Assembly: GCA_963716175.1 (NCBI GenBank)
Contig: OY970296.1
Span: 224,001 to 288,000 of the forward strand
Direction: 5' to 3'
DNA: 64,000 nt
DNA from: an uncultured Armatimonadetes bacterium
GTDB lineage: Bacteria; Armatimonadota; Hebobacteria; Hebobacterales; Hebobacteraceae
How positions within the stretch are numbered: the first letter of the stretch is position 1; the number at the start of each line of letters is the position of its first letter. The notes beneath the pieces were generated by a model. The model saw only the letters and a program-made list of their open reading frames with translations, did no database searches and was not told the DNA's origin. Below are positions 1-9,921 of the stretch, one piece after another. The position numbers and the translations under genes are program-made.

Positions 1-85
1 GGCCGGCGATCACGAAGGCGAGCAGAGCGGTGAAAACGATCCGACGCGCAGTGCGCTTGCGTGGGCTGGTCACGCTCCTTGCCAT
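1..85 (-). CDS. 5' end of a membrane or secreted protein, running off the window edge
   Basis: ATG at 85 with GAGGAGG RBS upstream; reads MARSVTSPRKRTARRIVFTALLAFVIAG (basic then hydrophobic). Confidence 0.55.
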   Translation of the reverse strand, partial: MARSVTSPRKRTARRIVFTALLAFVIAG

Positions 86-224
86 AGGAATCCTCCTCTC
101 ACTATCCACTCAGACCTGCCCATCTCGGCCTCCATCCTAGAGCGCATTTCATCACCTACCTGCGGCCTGGCCGCACCACGCCCTCGCATGAAATGCGCGG
201 GCCACTGCCTGACGTTGTGCGGTG

Positions 225-261
225 CTGTTTCGTAACCCTCCCTGGGAAGGTTATGAAACAG
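225..261 (-). terminator. Long hairpin just after the DUF2339-like stop codon
   Basis: CTGTTTCGTAACCCTCC / GGAAGGGTTATGAAACAG near-perfect inverted repeat; no clear U-tract. Confidence 0.45.
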
Positions 262-268
262 GTTCTAG

Positions 269-1891
269 TCATCTCAGCCTCTCCTCGAAGCGGGTGTAGA
301 GGAGGCTGACCAATAGCAGGAGGAGACCCAGACCGAAGAAGGAGACGATGCGGTAGGGCTGCTCGAGGAAGCTGAGGTCAAAGACGAAGACTTTGACTAT
401 CGAGAGGTAGAGCAGGCCCATCGCGAACAGGCGCACTGGTCGGGCCCTGCGCCAGATCCCGACGGACAACCCCGCGGACGCGTAGACGCTCCAGAAGATT
501 GACAGCGACAGCTGCTGGGCGCTGCTGCGCGCGGCTTCGGGCAGCCCGACCGAGCAGTACTGCCACATGTCAACGCTAACGAAGATGAGCGCCAGCGCGT
601 TCGGGGCCAACGTCAGTATCGGTACCAGGGAGGCCTCGAGCTGGGAGATATCACCCTTTTTCTTCGAGAGCAGCCAGGCTGCGGCCGAGGTTGCGGCGAT
701 CACCGCCAGACCCGAGAGGAAGCGTGTGTTGAGGAAAAGGCGGAATGGCGCGGCCCCCAGCGTCAGGTCTATGAAGATCAGCTTTGCTGTCGCAAGCACC
801 AGCAGACCCAAAGCGAAGGCGCGCAGAGGGAGGTTCCGCGACCTGAGCCCTGCCGCCAATGCACCCGCGCCCAGTACGCTCCAGAAGGCGGTGAGCGCAA
901 GGTGCTGCGCGCCGAGCCGTCCGGGAGAGGGGATGATTATCCCAAGGTAAGCCCACAGGTCCACGCTGACGAACACCAGCGCCAGCAAGTTCGCAGCAAC
1001 GATCAGCGCCGCAGGCAGCGAAGCTTCCCACTCGGAGACGAGATCGCGTCTTCGTGCCAGCAGCCACGCCGAGATCGAGGCCGCCGCGATCACGGCCGCA
1101 CCGGAGAGGAAACGGGAGTTGAGCAATAGATGGAAGGGAACCGGTCTCAGCCAGAGATCCGCGGCCAGCGCCTTGACTGCAGCAAGGGACAAGAGGGCCA
1201 AGGCGAGGGCCCGCAATGGCGGGTTCCGCCGTTGCGTCCCTATCGCCAGAGCGCCTGCCGCGTACACACTCCAGAAGAGTGAGAGCGCGAAGTGCTGGGC
1301 GCTGACACGTCCGGCATAGGGAAGGGCTGCACCAAGGTAGAGCCAGAGGTCAAAGCTGATGAAGACTAGTGAGAGTAGATTTGCCGCGAGCCCAAACAGG
1401 GCGGCGACCACACTCTCCCACTGCGCGAGGTGGTTGCGTCCTCGCGCCAGCAGCCAGGCTGAGACCGAGGCCGCGGCAATCACAGCAGCACCAGAGAGGA
1501 AGCGGGTGTTGAGCAGCAGGCGGAGGGAAGCCGGGCTCAGCCAGAGATCCGCTGCCAACGCCTTCGCTGCCGCGAGCGAGAGCAGGACCACGGCAAGAAC
1601 GCGCAGCGGGAGATTCCGCCTCCGGATTCCTACCGCCAGAGCGCCCGTGGCATACATGCTCCAGAAGAGCGAGAGGGCGAAGTGCTGGACGCTGAGACGG
1701 CCCGCATGAGGAAGGGTTACCCCAAGATAGAGCCACAGGTCGAAGCTGACGAAGACCAACGCGAACACGTTTGCCAGAAGGCCGAGCACTGTCGGAATCC
1801 CGGTCTCCCACTTTGCGAGAACGTTCCGCCCCCGTGTCAGCAGCCAGGCCGAGATCCCGGCCGCGGCTGTGACGGCGGCCCCTGACAACAT
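269..1891 (-). CDS. DUF2339-like polytopic membrane protein, C-terminal part (continues 1941..5054 after a frameshift)
   Basis: Repeated SLFW...K...DLW...N.R..SG units; ends with the family-like KVFVFDLSFLEQPYRIVSFFGLG. Confidence 0.8.
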   Translation of the reverse strand: MLSGAAVTAAAGISAWLLTRGRNVLAKWETGIPTVLGLLANVFALVFVSFDLWLYLGVTLPHAGRLSVQHFALSLFWSMYATGALAVGIRRRNLPLRVLAVVLLSLAAAKALAADLWLSPASLRLLLNTRFLSGAAVIAAASVSAWLLARGRNHLAQWESVVAALFGLAANLLSLVFISFDLWLYLGAALPYAGRVSAQHFALSLFWSVYAAGALAIGTQRRNPPLRALALALLSLAAVKALAADLWLRPVPFHLLLNSRFLSGAAVIAAASISAWLLARRRDLVSEWEASLPAALIVAANLLALVFVSVDLWAYLGIIIPSPGRLGAQHLALTAFWSVLGAGALAAGLRSRNLPLRAFALGLLVLATAKLIFIDLTLGAAPFRLFLNTRFLSGLAVIAATSAAAWLLSKKKGDISQLEASLVPILTLAPNALALIFVSVDMWQYCSVGLPEAARSSAQQLSLSIFWSVYASAGLSVGIWRRARPVRLFAMGLLYLSIVKVFVFDLSFLEQPYRIVSFFGLGLLLLLVSLLYTRFEERLR

Positions 1892-2850
1892 GCGCGTGTT
1901 GAGCAGGAGATGGAAGGGAGCCGGACTCAGCCAGAGATCGCTAACTAGCGCTTTGGCCGCGGCAAGCGATAACAGCGCCAGAGCGAAGGCGCGGCAGAGG
2001 GAGGTTGCGCCTGCGGATTCCTATCGCAAAGGCGCTCCCGGCGAACGCGCTCCAGTACAAGCAGAGCGAGAAGTGCTGGATACTAGCACGCCCGGCATCA
2101 GGGAGAGTCGCGCCGAGGTAGAGCCAGAGGTCAAAGCTGACGAAGACCAGCGCGAACACGTTTGCCAGAAGGCCGAGCACTGTCGAAATCCCGGTCTCCC
2201 ACTTTGCGAGAACGTTCCGCCCCCGCGTCAGCAGCCAGGCCGAGATCCCGGCCGCGGCTGTGACGGCGGCCCCTGAGAACAGGCGCGTGTTGAGCAGGAG
2301 ATCGAAGGGAGCCGGACTCAGCCAGAGATCGCTAACTAGCGCTTTGACCGCGGCGAGCGACAGCAGCGCCAGAGCGAAGACGCGCAGAGGGAGGTTGCGC
2401 CTGCGGATTCCTATCGCAAAGGCGCTCCCGGCGAACGCGCTCCAGTACAAAGAGAGCGAGAAGTGCTGCGCGCTGAGACGGCCGGCCTCAGCCCAGGTTC
2501 GACCCGGAAGCGCCCATAGCTCTAGACTAGGGAAGATCACGGCATAGACGGTCGCCATCAGCAGGAAGAAAGCGGGCAGGGGCCTCTCATCCTCGGCTAG
2601 CGAGGCCCGCGCTCGCGACAGCAGCCACGACACGAGATAGGCCGCCGCGATCACTGCGGCCCCGGACAGCATGCGCTGGTTGAGAAACAGCGGAAGCGCC
2701 CTGGATAGGTCGAGATCCAGCATGAGCGCTTTGGCGCCAGCCAGAAGCAGCACGACTGTGCCGTACCAGCGCGTCCACAGGGACCTCGTCCTGATTCCGA
2801 CGAACACAAGCGCAGCGGCTTCGAGTGCCCAAGCCACGGTGATGGCGCTG
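400..2850. repeat. Intragenic tandem repeat, 390-bp (130-aa) period, about 6 units
   Basis: CTCCAG(A/T)A anchors at about 490, 880, 1270, 1660, 2051, 2441; two central units nearly identical. Confidence 0.85.
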
Positions 2851-5054
2851 CCCTCGAGCTGGAGCGGGATAGCGACTGTGCCAAAGGTCAGGGCAAGAAA
2901 CAGGTAGATGGACCGCCGGAGGGGCTCATCTCCTGCCCTACGCATAAGGACCCCGCCGACCAGGCCGTGGTAGGCCGCCAGCGCCGTCGCGCAGCCGGCA
3001 AGAAGGACGAGGCCTTGGTACTGGCTCTCGCCAGCGACAACTGCGAGCAGCGCGAACAAGATGACCGCGTTACCCCAGGCTCCAACCAAGTCGCCGCGGT
3101 AGCCCGGCAGACTGGTGGCGCGCCGCAGCGCTACCCAAGTCCCGGATACGAGTACGAATTCGGCGAGGAACAGAGCGGTCGCCGTGCGAGCCGGCCAGGC
3201 GGCGTGCAGTTGTAGAGCGGCAAAGAGTGGGGCGAGCAGCATCGCCTGGGACGCGAGCACGACAGCCTTACGGAAATGATATGGAGCCGAGTCACTTCGT
3301 GCTGCCACCCACGCCGTGGCCAAAGCCGCGCAACTGGCGAGCGGCAGCCAGAGCGGCGCGGCCGGAACGCCCCACAACTGCACGTCCGCCAGAACGTGGA
3401 AGGCGGCCACCAGATGGGCCACCAGGTTGGCGAAGAGCAAGGCGGCCGCAGGGATCGCACCTGACTCCTGGCGCTGCATATGCACCGCGGCCGCGAGGAA
3501 GACGCCGTAAGTGAAGAGCACGAACACGAACGCAGCCGGAACCTGGTCCCGGGGGGTGGCCGGGCCGGCGGCCACGGAGACCGCGATGAGCAGCAGCACC
3601 GCGGCCGTGGTGAGATACCGGAGCAGCTGACGCAGTGTGAGATCGCTCTCAGGAAGTCGAGGGAAGGCGCTGGCCATGCCGGCGAGCACGAGGGCAACCA
3701 GAACGCCGGGGAGCGCCAGGCCGGGCAACCCCAGGATGGCAACATCGGCCACGAGGCGGGTGCTCGCGACGATGAACGCCAGGCAGCCGGCAATGAGCAT
3801 GGTAACAGCGACTGCCTGCGCCCCGGGCCTCGGCTCCTCTCGCCTGCCAACAGTGGACATGCTCCCATAGCAGCTAAACGCCAGGAACACGGCCGCAAAG
3901 GCCTCGGCGGTGAGCACGTCGGGTTTGCGCCCGGGGCCGGCCCCGATGAACAGCAGCCAGGTCGCACCAAAGGAGAGCGTGGTGAGACTTGGCCATGACG
4001 AGTATCTGGCCAGGCCCACGCTCCAGACATTGAGGCCGGCGAGGTAGACATAGAGACGAACCAAGTTGCCGGACCCGACCCCCTGTTCTTGGATGAGCAC
4101 AGGCGTCAGGAATCCGCCGACCAGGCAGAGCAGCGCGACGGCCTGCGTGTTGTTGATGACGGCAAGAGCGCTCGCGGCGAGCGCGGCCGCAGCAAGCAAC
4201 GAGAAACCGAGGGTGAAACCGATCAAGTGGTAGTAGTTCCAGGCGGCGTAGATCGAAAGGAAGAAGATGACGATGCCGCCCGAGAACAGCACCTGCGCAT
4301 AGTTGCGGTAGAGCGGCTTGCGCAACAGATACTGGCCCAGACCGACCAGGACGCCAGAGCCGCAGACGCCGATCCAGACCCGCGCGGCGGGCACGATCCA
4401 CCCGGACTCGAAGGCATACTTCAGGAAGAAGCCGGCCGCCACCGCGAGGGCGGCGACCCCGAGCTTAGCCAGCCAGTTGGCGCCAAGCAGAGACTCCCAC
4501 TCCGGGATGCCACGCGCCACGCGTTCCTTCACCGGAATCCGAGCGCGCGGAGGCGAAGCCGCCTTCGGCGCTTGCGAGACCGGCGCGGGCGCGGTACGTG
4601 GTACCTCAGGCGCTGCAGGCCTGGGCGTCTCAGCCACAGGAGGCGGCGGGGTAACAGGCTTGGGCGGCACAGCAGGAGGAGGCACAGCGGGACCGGGCGG
4701 CCTGGTCACGGCAGGAGGCGTGGGCGATGGTTCCGCGGTCACGGGCTGGGTAGGCACGATCGGCGGAGGAGGCACAGCGGGAGCGGGTGGCCTGGTCACA
4801 GCAGGAGGCATCGCCGCCGGTTCGGCGGTCACGGGCTGTGGTGGCTCGCTGGGCTGCACGGGCGTCTCCGCCACGGGGCGCGCACGCGGGGCCTCGGACA
4901 CAGGTGCCCGCTTCTCGGCCTCCTGGCCCGCGCGGAGGCGCGAGAGCTCCCGCTTCAGTTCCGCAAGTCGGCGCTCGAGGTCATTCAGCCGGGCAAAGAC
5001 GGCAAAGAGAACGAGGGCGAGGATGAGCAGCGCTAGCAGCAGAAGTGCCGTCAT
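1941..5054 (-). CDS. DUF2339-like polytopic membrane protein, N-terminal part
   Basis: AAGGAGG RBS; N-terminal TM, coiled coil, Pro-rich linker, then WESLLGANWLAKLG...FFLKYAFESGW, GGFLTP; +1 insertion near 1994. Confidence 0.8.
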   Translation of the reverse strand: MTALLLLALLILALVLFAVFARLNDLERRLAELKRELSRLRAGQEAEKRAPVSEAPRARPVAETPVQPSEPPQPVTAEPAAMPPAVTRPPAPAVPPPPIVPTQPVTAEPSPTPPAVTRPPGPAVPPPAVPPKPVTPPPPVAETPRPAAPEVPRTAPAPVSQAPKAASPPRARIPVKERVARGIPEWESLLGANWLAKLGVAALAVAAGFFLKYAFESGWIVPAARVWIGVCGSGVLVGLGQYLLRKPLYRNYAQVLFSGGIVIFFLSIYAAWNYYHLIGFTLGFSLLAAAALAASALAVINNTQAVALLCLVGGFLTPVLIQEQGVGSGNLVRLYVYLAGLNVWSVGLARYSSWPSLTTLSFGATWLLFIGAGPGRKPDVLTAEAFAAVFLAFSCYGSMSTVGRREEPRPGAQAVAVTMLIAGCLAFIVASTRLVADVAILGLPGLALPGVLVALVLAGMASAFPRLPESDLTLRQLLRYLTTAAVLLLIAVSVAAGPATPRDQVPAAFVFVLFTYGVFLAAAVHMQRQESGAIPAAALLFANLVAHLVAAFHVLADVQLWGVPAAPLWLPLASCAALATAWVAARSDSAPYHFRKAVVLASQAMLLAPLFAALQLHAAWPARTATALFLAEFVLVSGTWVALRRATSLPGYRGDLVGAWGNAVILFALLAVVAGESQYQGLVLLAGCATALAAYHGLVGGVLMRRAGDEPLRRSIYLFLALTFGTVAIPLQLEGSAITVAWALEAAALVFVGIRTRSLWTRWYGTVVLLLAGAKALMLDLDLSRALPLFLNQRMLSGAAVIAAAYLVSWLLSRARASLAEDERPLPAFFLLMATVYAVIFPSLELWALPGRTWAEAGRLSAQHFSLSLYWSAFAGSAFAIGIRRRNLPLRVFALALLSLAAVKALVSDLWLSPAPFDLLLNTRLFSGAAVTAAAGISAWLLTRGRNVLAKWETGISTVLGLLANVFALVFVSFDLWLYLGATLPDAGRASIQHFSLCLYWSAFAGSAFAIGIRRRNLPLPRLRSGAVIACRGQSAS

Positions 5055-5465
5055 TCAGGCCTCCTCCTTCGGGGAACACCCCGAAGATCGCACGGGGATG
5101 AACTGCGACGTTCCCAGGCCCTGACAGCGCGGGTCCACAGGCTGACGGTACAGTCTACCACCTCCAACCTGATGGCTCCAGCGATGTCGGGCCCATATCG
5201 CACTCCTGTCCATTGGTCACCTCGTCAGTGCAGGAACGCCAGGAGCAGGATACCGTAGGCTGGCCGCAGGTGGATGAGGCGATGGGCCCAGGCTGCGGTC
5301 CCGTTTTCTCGGGACCTGCAACATGGAGCAGTCGGGAGGGAAGCTCCCGGAGTGGCGCTGCGTAGTGCGCTATCTGGCACGCCGTCGGGCATGCCTGGCA
5401 GGGGACGCGCAGACTCGGGGGCGAAGAGGACTCCGGGGGAAAACGGGATGAACCGAGGAGGGGCC

Positions 5466-6665
5466 ATGAACGCGACCAGGGCTCGAACTGCCGCCTTCTT
5501 CGTCCAGTACCTGGTGCTTCTGGTCGCGGCGTTGGTGTGGGTGAATTCCGACGTCGGACGACAACGCGTAGGCCCGCACCTGACCCAGTTCTACGCGCTG
5601 ATCGGCGCAGCTTTCTGCTGGCTATGCTCGCGGACCTACCTGCTACTCAGAGGCCTGGTCCCGACGGAGTGGAAACACTGGGGGGCGGCGGTAGACCTGG
5701 TCATCATCAGCGGTGCGGTGTACCTCACCGGGGGGATTAACAGCGAGGCGGCCCTTCTCTACTTCCTGCCTATTGCCACCTTTTCCATACAGCGCCTGCC
5801 ACGCGCGACAGTGGCGGTGAGCCTCGCCAGCGCCGTCCTCTACCTGGCCGCGACCTGGCCCTCCCGCGTGGTCCCGAGCTATGCCACGGCGATCATCTTC
5901 CGGCTGGTCATCCTGCTCGTGACGGCCTCATTGGCCACCTACAATGCCATGACCGAGCAGGCCCTGATCGAGGAGGTAGGCAGGCTTCGCGAAGAGATCG
6001 CGCTGGCCAGCTACCGCAGCCGCCTTTCCCAGGAGATGCATGATGGGATCCAGCACTACCTGGCTGACATCGCCGTCCGACTCGAGCTTGCCAGAAGCCT
6101 GATATCCCGAGACCCCGTGGGGGCTGCCCGCATGGCGGCCGATCAGCGATTCGTAGTGCGGCAGGCTTTGGGAGAGCTCCGGTATCTGGTGCGTTTGCTG
6201 CGGTCCCCAGCAGTCGAGCGAGAGGGATTTGTGGACGCGCTGCGGCACCACCTGTCGCTTTTCTCGGAGAGTTCGTCCGTGGCTGCGCCACTGGAGATCG
6301 AGGGCGAGGCCGAGCCGTTGCCGCCGGAGGTGGCGCATGCCGCGTTCCGCATCATGCAGGAAGCGCTCATGAACGTTGAGAAGCACGCCAAGGCCCGGCA
6401 GGCGAGAGTGATCCTCAGATTCGCCCCCTGCCTGTTCGGGTGTACCATCAAGGACGATGGTGTCGGTTTCGATCCATCTGCCGCGCCCGAGCAGCCGTCG
6501 GTCACGGGTGGGTTCGGGCTGCTGGGGATGCAGCAGCGGGCCGAATCTGTGGGCGGCCAGCTTCGGGTCGTCAGCAGTCCCGGCGCAGGAACGGAGGTAA
6601 CATTCACGGTCGCTGTGGGCGATCTGATGGGCCTGCCACAGGACTCAATGCGGGGCCGCACGTGA
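5466..6665 (+). CDS. Membrane sensor histidine kinase (HisKA_3/NarX-like plus HATPase_c)
   Basis: RLSQEMHDGIQH H-box, QEALMNVEKHA N-box, DDGVGF, GFGLLGM, G.GT; N-terminal TMs; GAGGAGG RBS before ATG 5466. Confidence 0.9.
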   Translation: MNATRARTAAFFVQYLVLLVAALVWVNSDVGRQRVGPHLTQFYALIGAAFCWLCSRTYLLLRGLVPTEWKHWGAAVDLVIISGAVYLTGGINSEAALLYFLPIATFSIQRLPRATVAVSLASAVLYLAATWPSRVVPSYATAIIFRLVILLVTASLATYNAMTEQALIEEVGRLREEIALASYRSRLSQEMHDGIQHYLADIAVRLELARSLISRDPVGAARMAADQRFVVRQALGELRYLVRLLRSPAVEREGFVDALRHHLSLFSESSSVAAPLEIEGEAEPLPPEVAHAAFRIMQEALMNVEKHAKARQARVILRFAPCLFGCTIKDDGVGFDPSAAPEQPSVTGGFGLLGMQQRAESVGGQLRVVSSPGAGTEVTFTVAVGDLMGLPQDSMRGRT

Positions 6666-6697
6666 CGCAGCGGACCCGCTCGGGGGAACGCGGCTCG

Positions 6698-7465
6698 TCA
6701 GGACTGCCACCGCAGCGCTGCATACCGGTAGTCCTCCGGGTAGTCAATGTCGAAGCCAAGCTCCGGCGCGCAGCCGCGGATCGCGCCTCCAGTACAGCCA
6801 AGCATCTCCAGGCACTTGCTCTCGATCTGCTCGATGGTCAGGCGCCGCGTGAGGAAGCGCCAGATGAACCGGGGCCCCAGCAGACGCGCCATCCCGAGTT
6901 GGCTCCTCCGCGCGGCGAACACACGCTCCACCATACGGTAGTTCCGCAGAATCGCAGCCGGGTTGATCAGGACCGCGCATCCGATCATCCACTCGCCATC
7001 CCGCAGATGAACATACCGCGCCGGCGGTCGCGAGAACCGCAGCTCGAACTCGTGCCGCTCGATGACGGGCACGCATAGGTCCAACTCAGGCGGGCAGCCA
7101 TCCAGGAATCCCTTGATTGCCTCGGGCCTGAGGAACGGGAGATCCGTGGTCAGGATCAGCACCCGCCCCGGATCGTTCCCCCCGGTCGCCATGCGCAACC
7201 ACTGCAGTCCGCGCATGATGTTGCCAGCGCCGGAATCGGCCTCGGGCAGCACGGCATCAGCCAGGTGCTCGGCATGCGGAGCAATCTCAGAGGGCCCGAC
7301 CACAACGATCCGGTCTATGCGTCCGGTTGCGCGTACCGTCCGCAGGCTCTGCTCGAGCACCGTGATGCCGCCAAACTGAAGCAAGGCCTTGATCCCCGTG
7401 CCTGCTTCACGTGCCACGTCGCTGGAGATACGCCCTCCTGCGGGCAGAACTGCATCAACTCTCAT
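6698..7465 (-). CDS. MobA-like nucleotidyltransferase family protein
   Basis: AVLPAGG...KALL N-terminal motif, TDLPFL, C-terminal FDIDYPED; GAGGGAGG RBS. Confidence 0.8.
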   Translation of the reverse strand: MRVDAVLPAGGRISSDVAREAGTGIKALLQFGGITVLEQSLRTVRATGRIDRIVVVGPSEIAPHAEHLADAVLPEADSGAGNIMRGLQWLRMATGGNDPGRVLILTTDLPFLRPEAIKGFLDGCPPELDLCVPVIERHEFELRFSRPPARYVHLRDGEWMIGCAVLINPAAILRNYRMVERVFAARRSQLGMARLLGPRFIWRFLTRRLTIEQIESKCLEMLGCTGGAIRGCAPELGFDIDYPEDYRYAALRWQS

Positions 7466-7974
7466 GGTCTGCCTCCCTCGGACAGCACAGCACAGCATCA
7501 GCTTCACCGCCAGCATACCGTGGTCCGGATCGCGAGGGATGAGGCGAGAGAACTAGAGGGAGGTCCCGTTTCTCTGGGACTTGCCGACATTCAGCCGGAG
7601 AGTGATTCCGCGGCTGCAACTTCCCAAGGGCAACCGACTCAGCGTCGAAACCATGAGCATCCTCCGCATCTGGTGGATGCTCGATCGTGAGTGTTGTCTT
7701 GTCCAGGTCGCCTCAAACCTTGGACTCCTGCTCCAGGCTAAGTCGCCGCATGCGCCCAGCCCGCCGAGCACTGACCACCAGGGCACGGGCGATCGATGAC
7801 ACCAATGCCTCGCAGGTCTCTGTAGCGCTGACCCCCAAAGAGAGAACGGCGCCGGAACGGTCCGCTCACTGGTCCGACATCGTGCCGGGAGGAGCCAGCC
7901 TGGGCAAGCCCAGAGCAGGCGCTGTCAGGTCACGACCGCTTGGATGTCGCAGATAGTGGCGCAGGCCGAATCGC

Positions 7975-8757
7975 CTAATGGCCGCCTCGGCCCCTGCCTT
8001 CATGCTTGCCCTTCGAACCGTGCTCCCCGCCGCCGCCACCTTCGGCCTTCCCCCTCCCTTGGCCACGCTCCATGTGCTTCTGCTTGCCCGACCCACCTGT
8101 CTGCTTTGGCCCCCCCTTGCCCGCGTGTTTCACCTTGGCCGGTCTGGACAGCTCTGGCGCCAGCGAGCGTGGCTTATTCATCTTCTCCGGTCGCGCCCTG
8201 AGTTCGGGCGCATGACCGCGCTTCGCGCTAGCCTTGGCACTCGGTGCGGACCGGACCGGCCTACCCGCCCAGCCGCGAACGCGGCCCGGCGGCCTTGAGA
8301 CCACCCGATACTCTCGCCATCCCGCTGGGCCCTTGAACTTGATCACCGTCCTGGTATGCTCGACCGGGAGTGCCAGGTACCGCTCGCAGAAGTCCACCGG
8401 TACGTAGACAACATCGCGGACGATGACCGGCGCCGCGGACAACACCAGTGCCTCGCCGCCATAGACCATCTTGGGACTGCCGATAAGCAGCCCGATCTCG
8501 CGGCCGTTGTACGTGATCAGAGCACGGCCATCCAGGCTGTCCCAGAGCAGCGCGGCTCCGATCAACGACGTCACGCTTCGCAGCGGAACGTAGGTCGTGC
8601 CCAGATACACAAACGGCACAGGCTCGAGCACAACGACGCGCGGCTTCCGCCGATGCCCGTGCGCCGGCACCCATGGCGGGGGCGCGGCATAGACACTTGC
8701 GGTCGTCAGTGCAAACAGCCCTACAGCCAGAAACGCACATCGCCCGAGTTTCCTCAT
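7975..8757 (-). CDS. Secreted copper amine oxidase N-terminal (stalk) domain protein with low-complexity basic tail
   Basis: Signal peptide; GTTYVPLR...GA.L.WD and APVI....YVP motifs; G/K/H-rich C-terminus. Confidence 0.75.
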   Translation of the reverse strand: MRKLGRCAFLAVGLFALTTASVYAAPPPWVPAHGHRRKPRVVVLEPVPFVYLGTTYVPLRSVTSLIGAALLWDSLDGRALITYNGREIGLLIGSPKMVYGGEALVLSAAPVIVRDVVYVPVDFCERYLALPVEHTRTVIKFKGPAGWREYRVVSRPPGRVRGWAGRPVRSAPSAKASAKRGHAPELRARPEKMNKPRSLAPELSRPAKVKHAGKGGPKQTGGSGKQKHMERGQGRGKAEGGGGGEHGSKGKHEGRGRGGH

Positions 8758-8974
8758 CCCAGCCTCCTCAGTGCGAACACTGCCATATCTCGCCACACCA
8801 TTCTGCCACGAGACGAGACGAAATCCTAGGTAATCGAGACGACACGCGGGGTCTCGCCGATGCTGTCAGCAACGTCCAGTCTGCAGCGTCAGCAAAAGTG
8901 GGACAAGAGGCCGCTCCGGGCCCCAGACGGGATAGGCACCTTCTGCGCGTCTAGCAGCTACCAAACCAGCGCGC

Positions 8975-9697
<723 letters not shown>

Positions 9698-9717
9698 GGT
9701 CTGATCCCACCAGGTCC

Positions 9718-9885
9718 TCAGATGGGCTGGCTCGTTGCCCTTTGCAGCTTCACCAGTGCGGCCTCGTGGTCGTAGGCGGACCGCACATGGTTGGTCCGCG
9801 CGCGAGCGACGGCCTGTGCCGCGTCCACGATCTCGACAAGGATCCTCCCCCCTTCCGGGTACTTCCCCTCTGCGGGCGCCACGTC
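9718..9885 (-). pseudogene. Remnant resembling the C-terminus of a TolC-family outer membrane efflux protein
   Basis: [46 protein letters not shown] fits the OEP terminal helix pattern; lies inside a MacAB-type operon. Confidence 0.55.
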
Positions 9886-9921
9886 AACTGGAGCAGCCCA
9901 GCGACGCATCTGTGGCCCTCC

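Noticed and set aside
4560-4870. Repeated PPAVTRPP / PVTAEP sequences resembling a repeat array
   Set aside because: Pro-rich coding linker; no repeat-spacer structure and no cas genes
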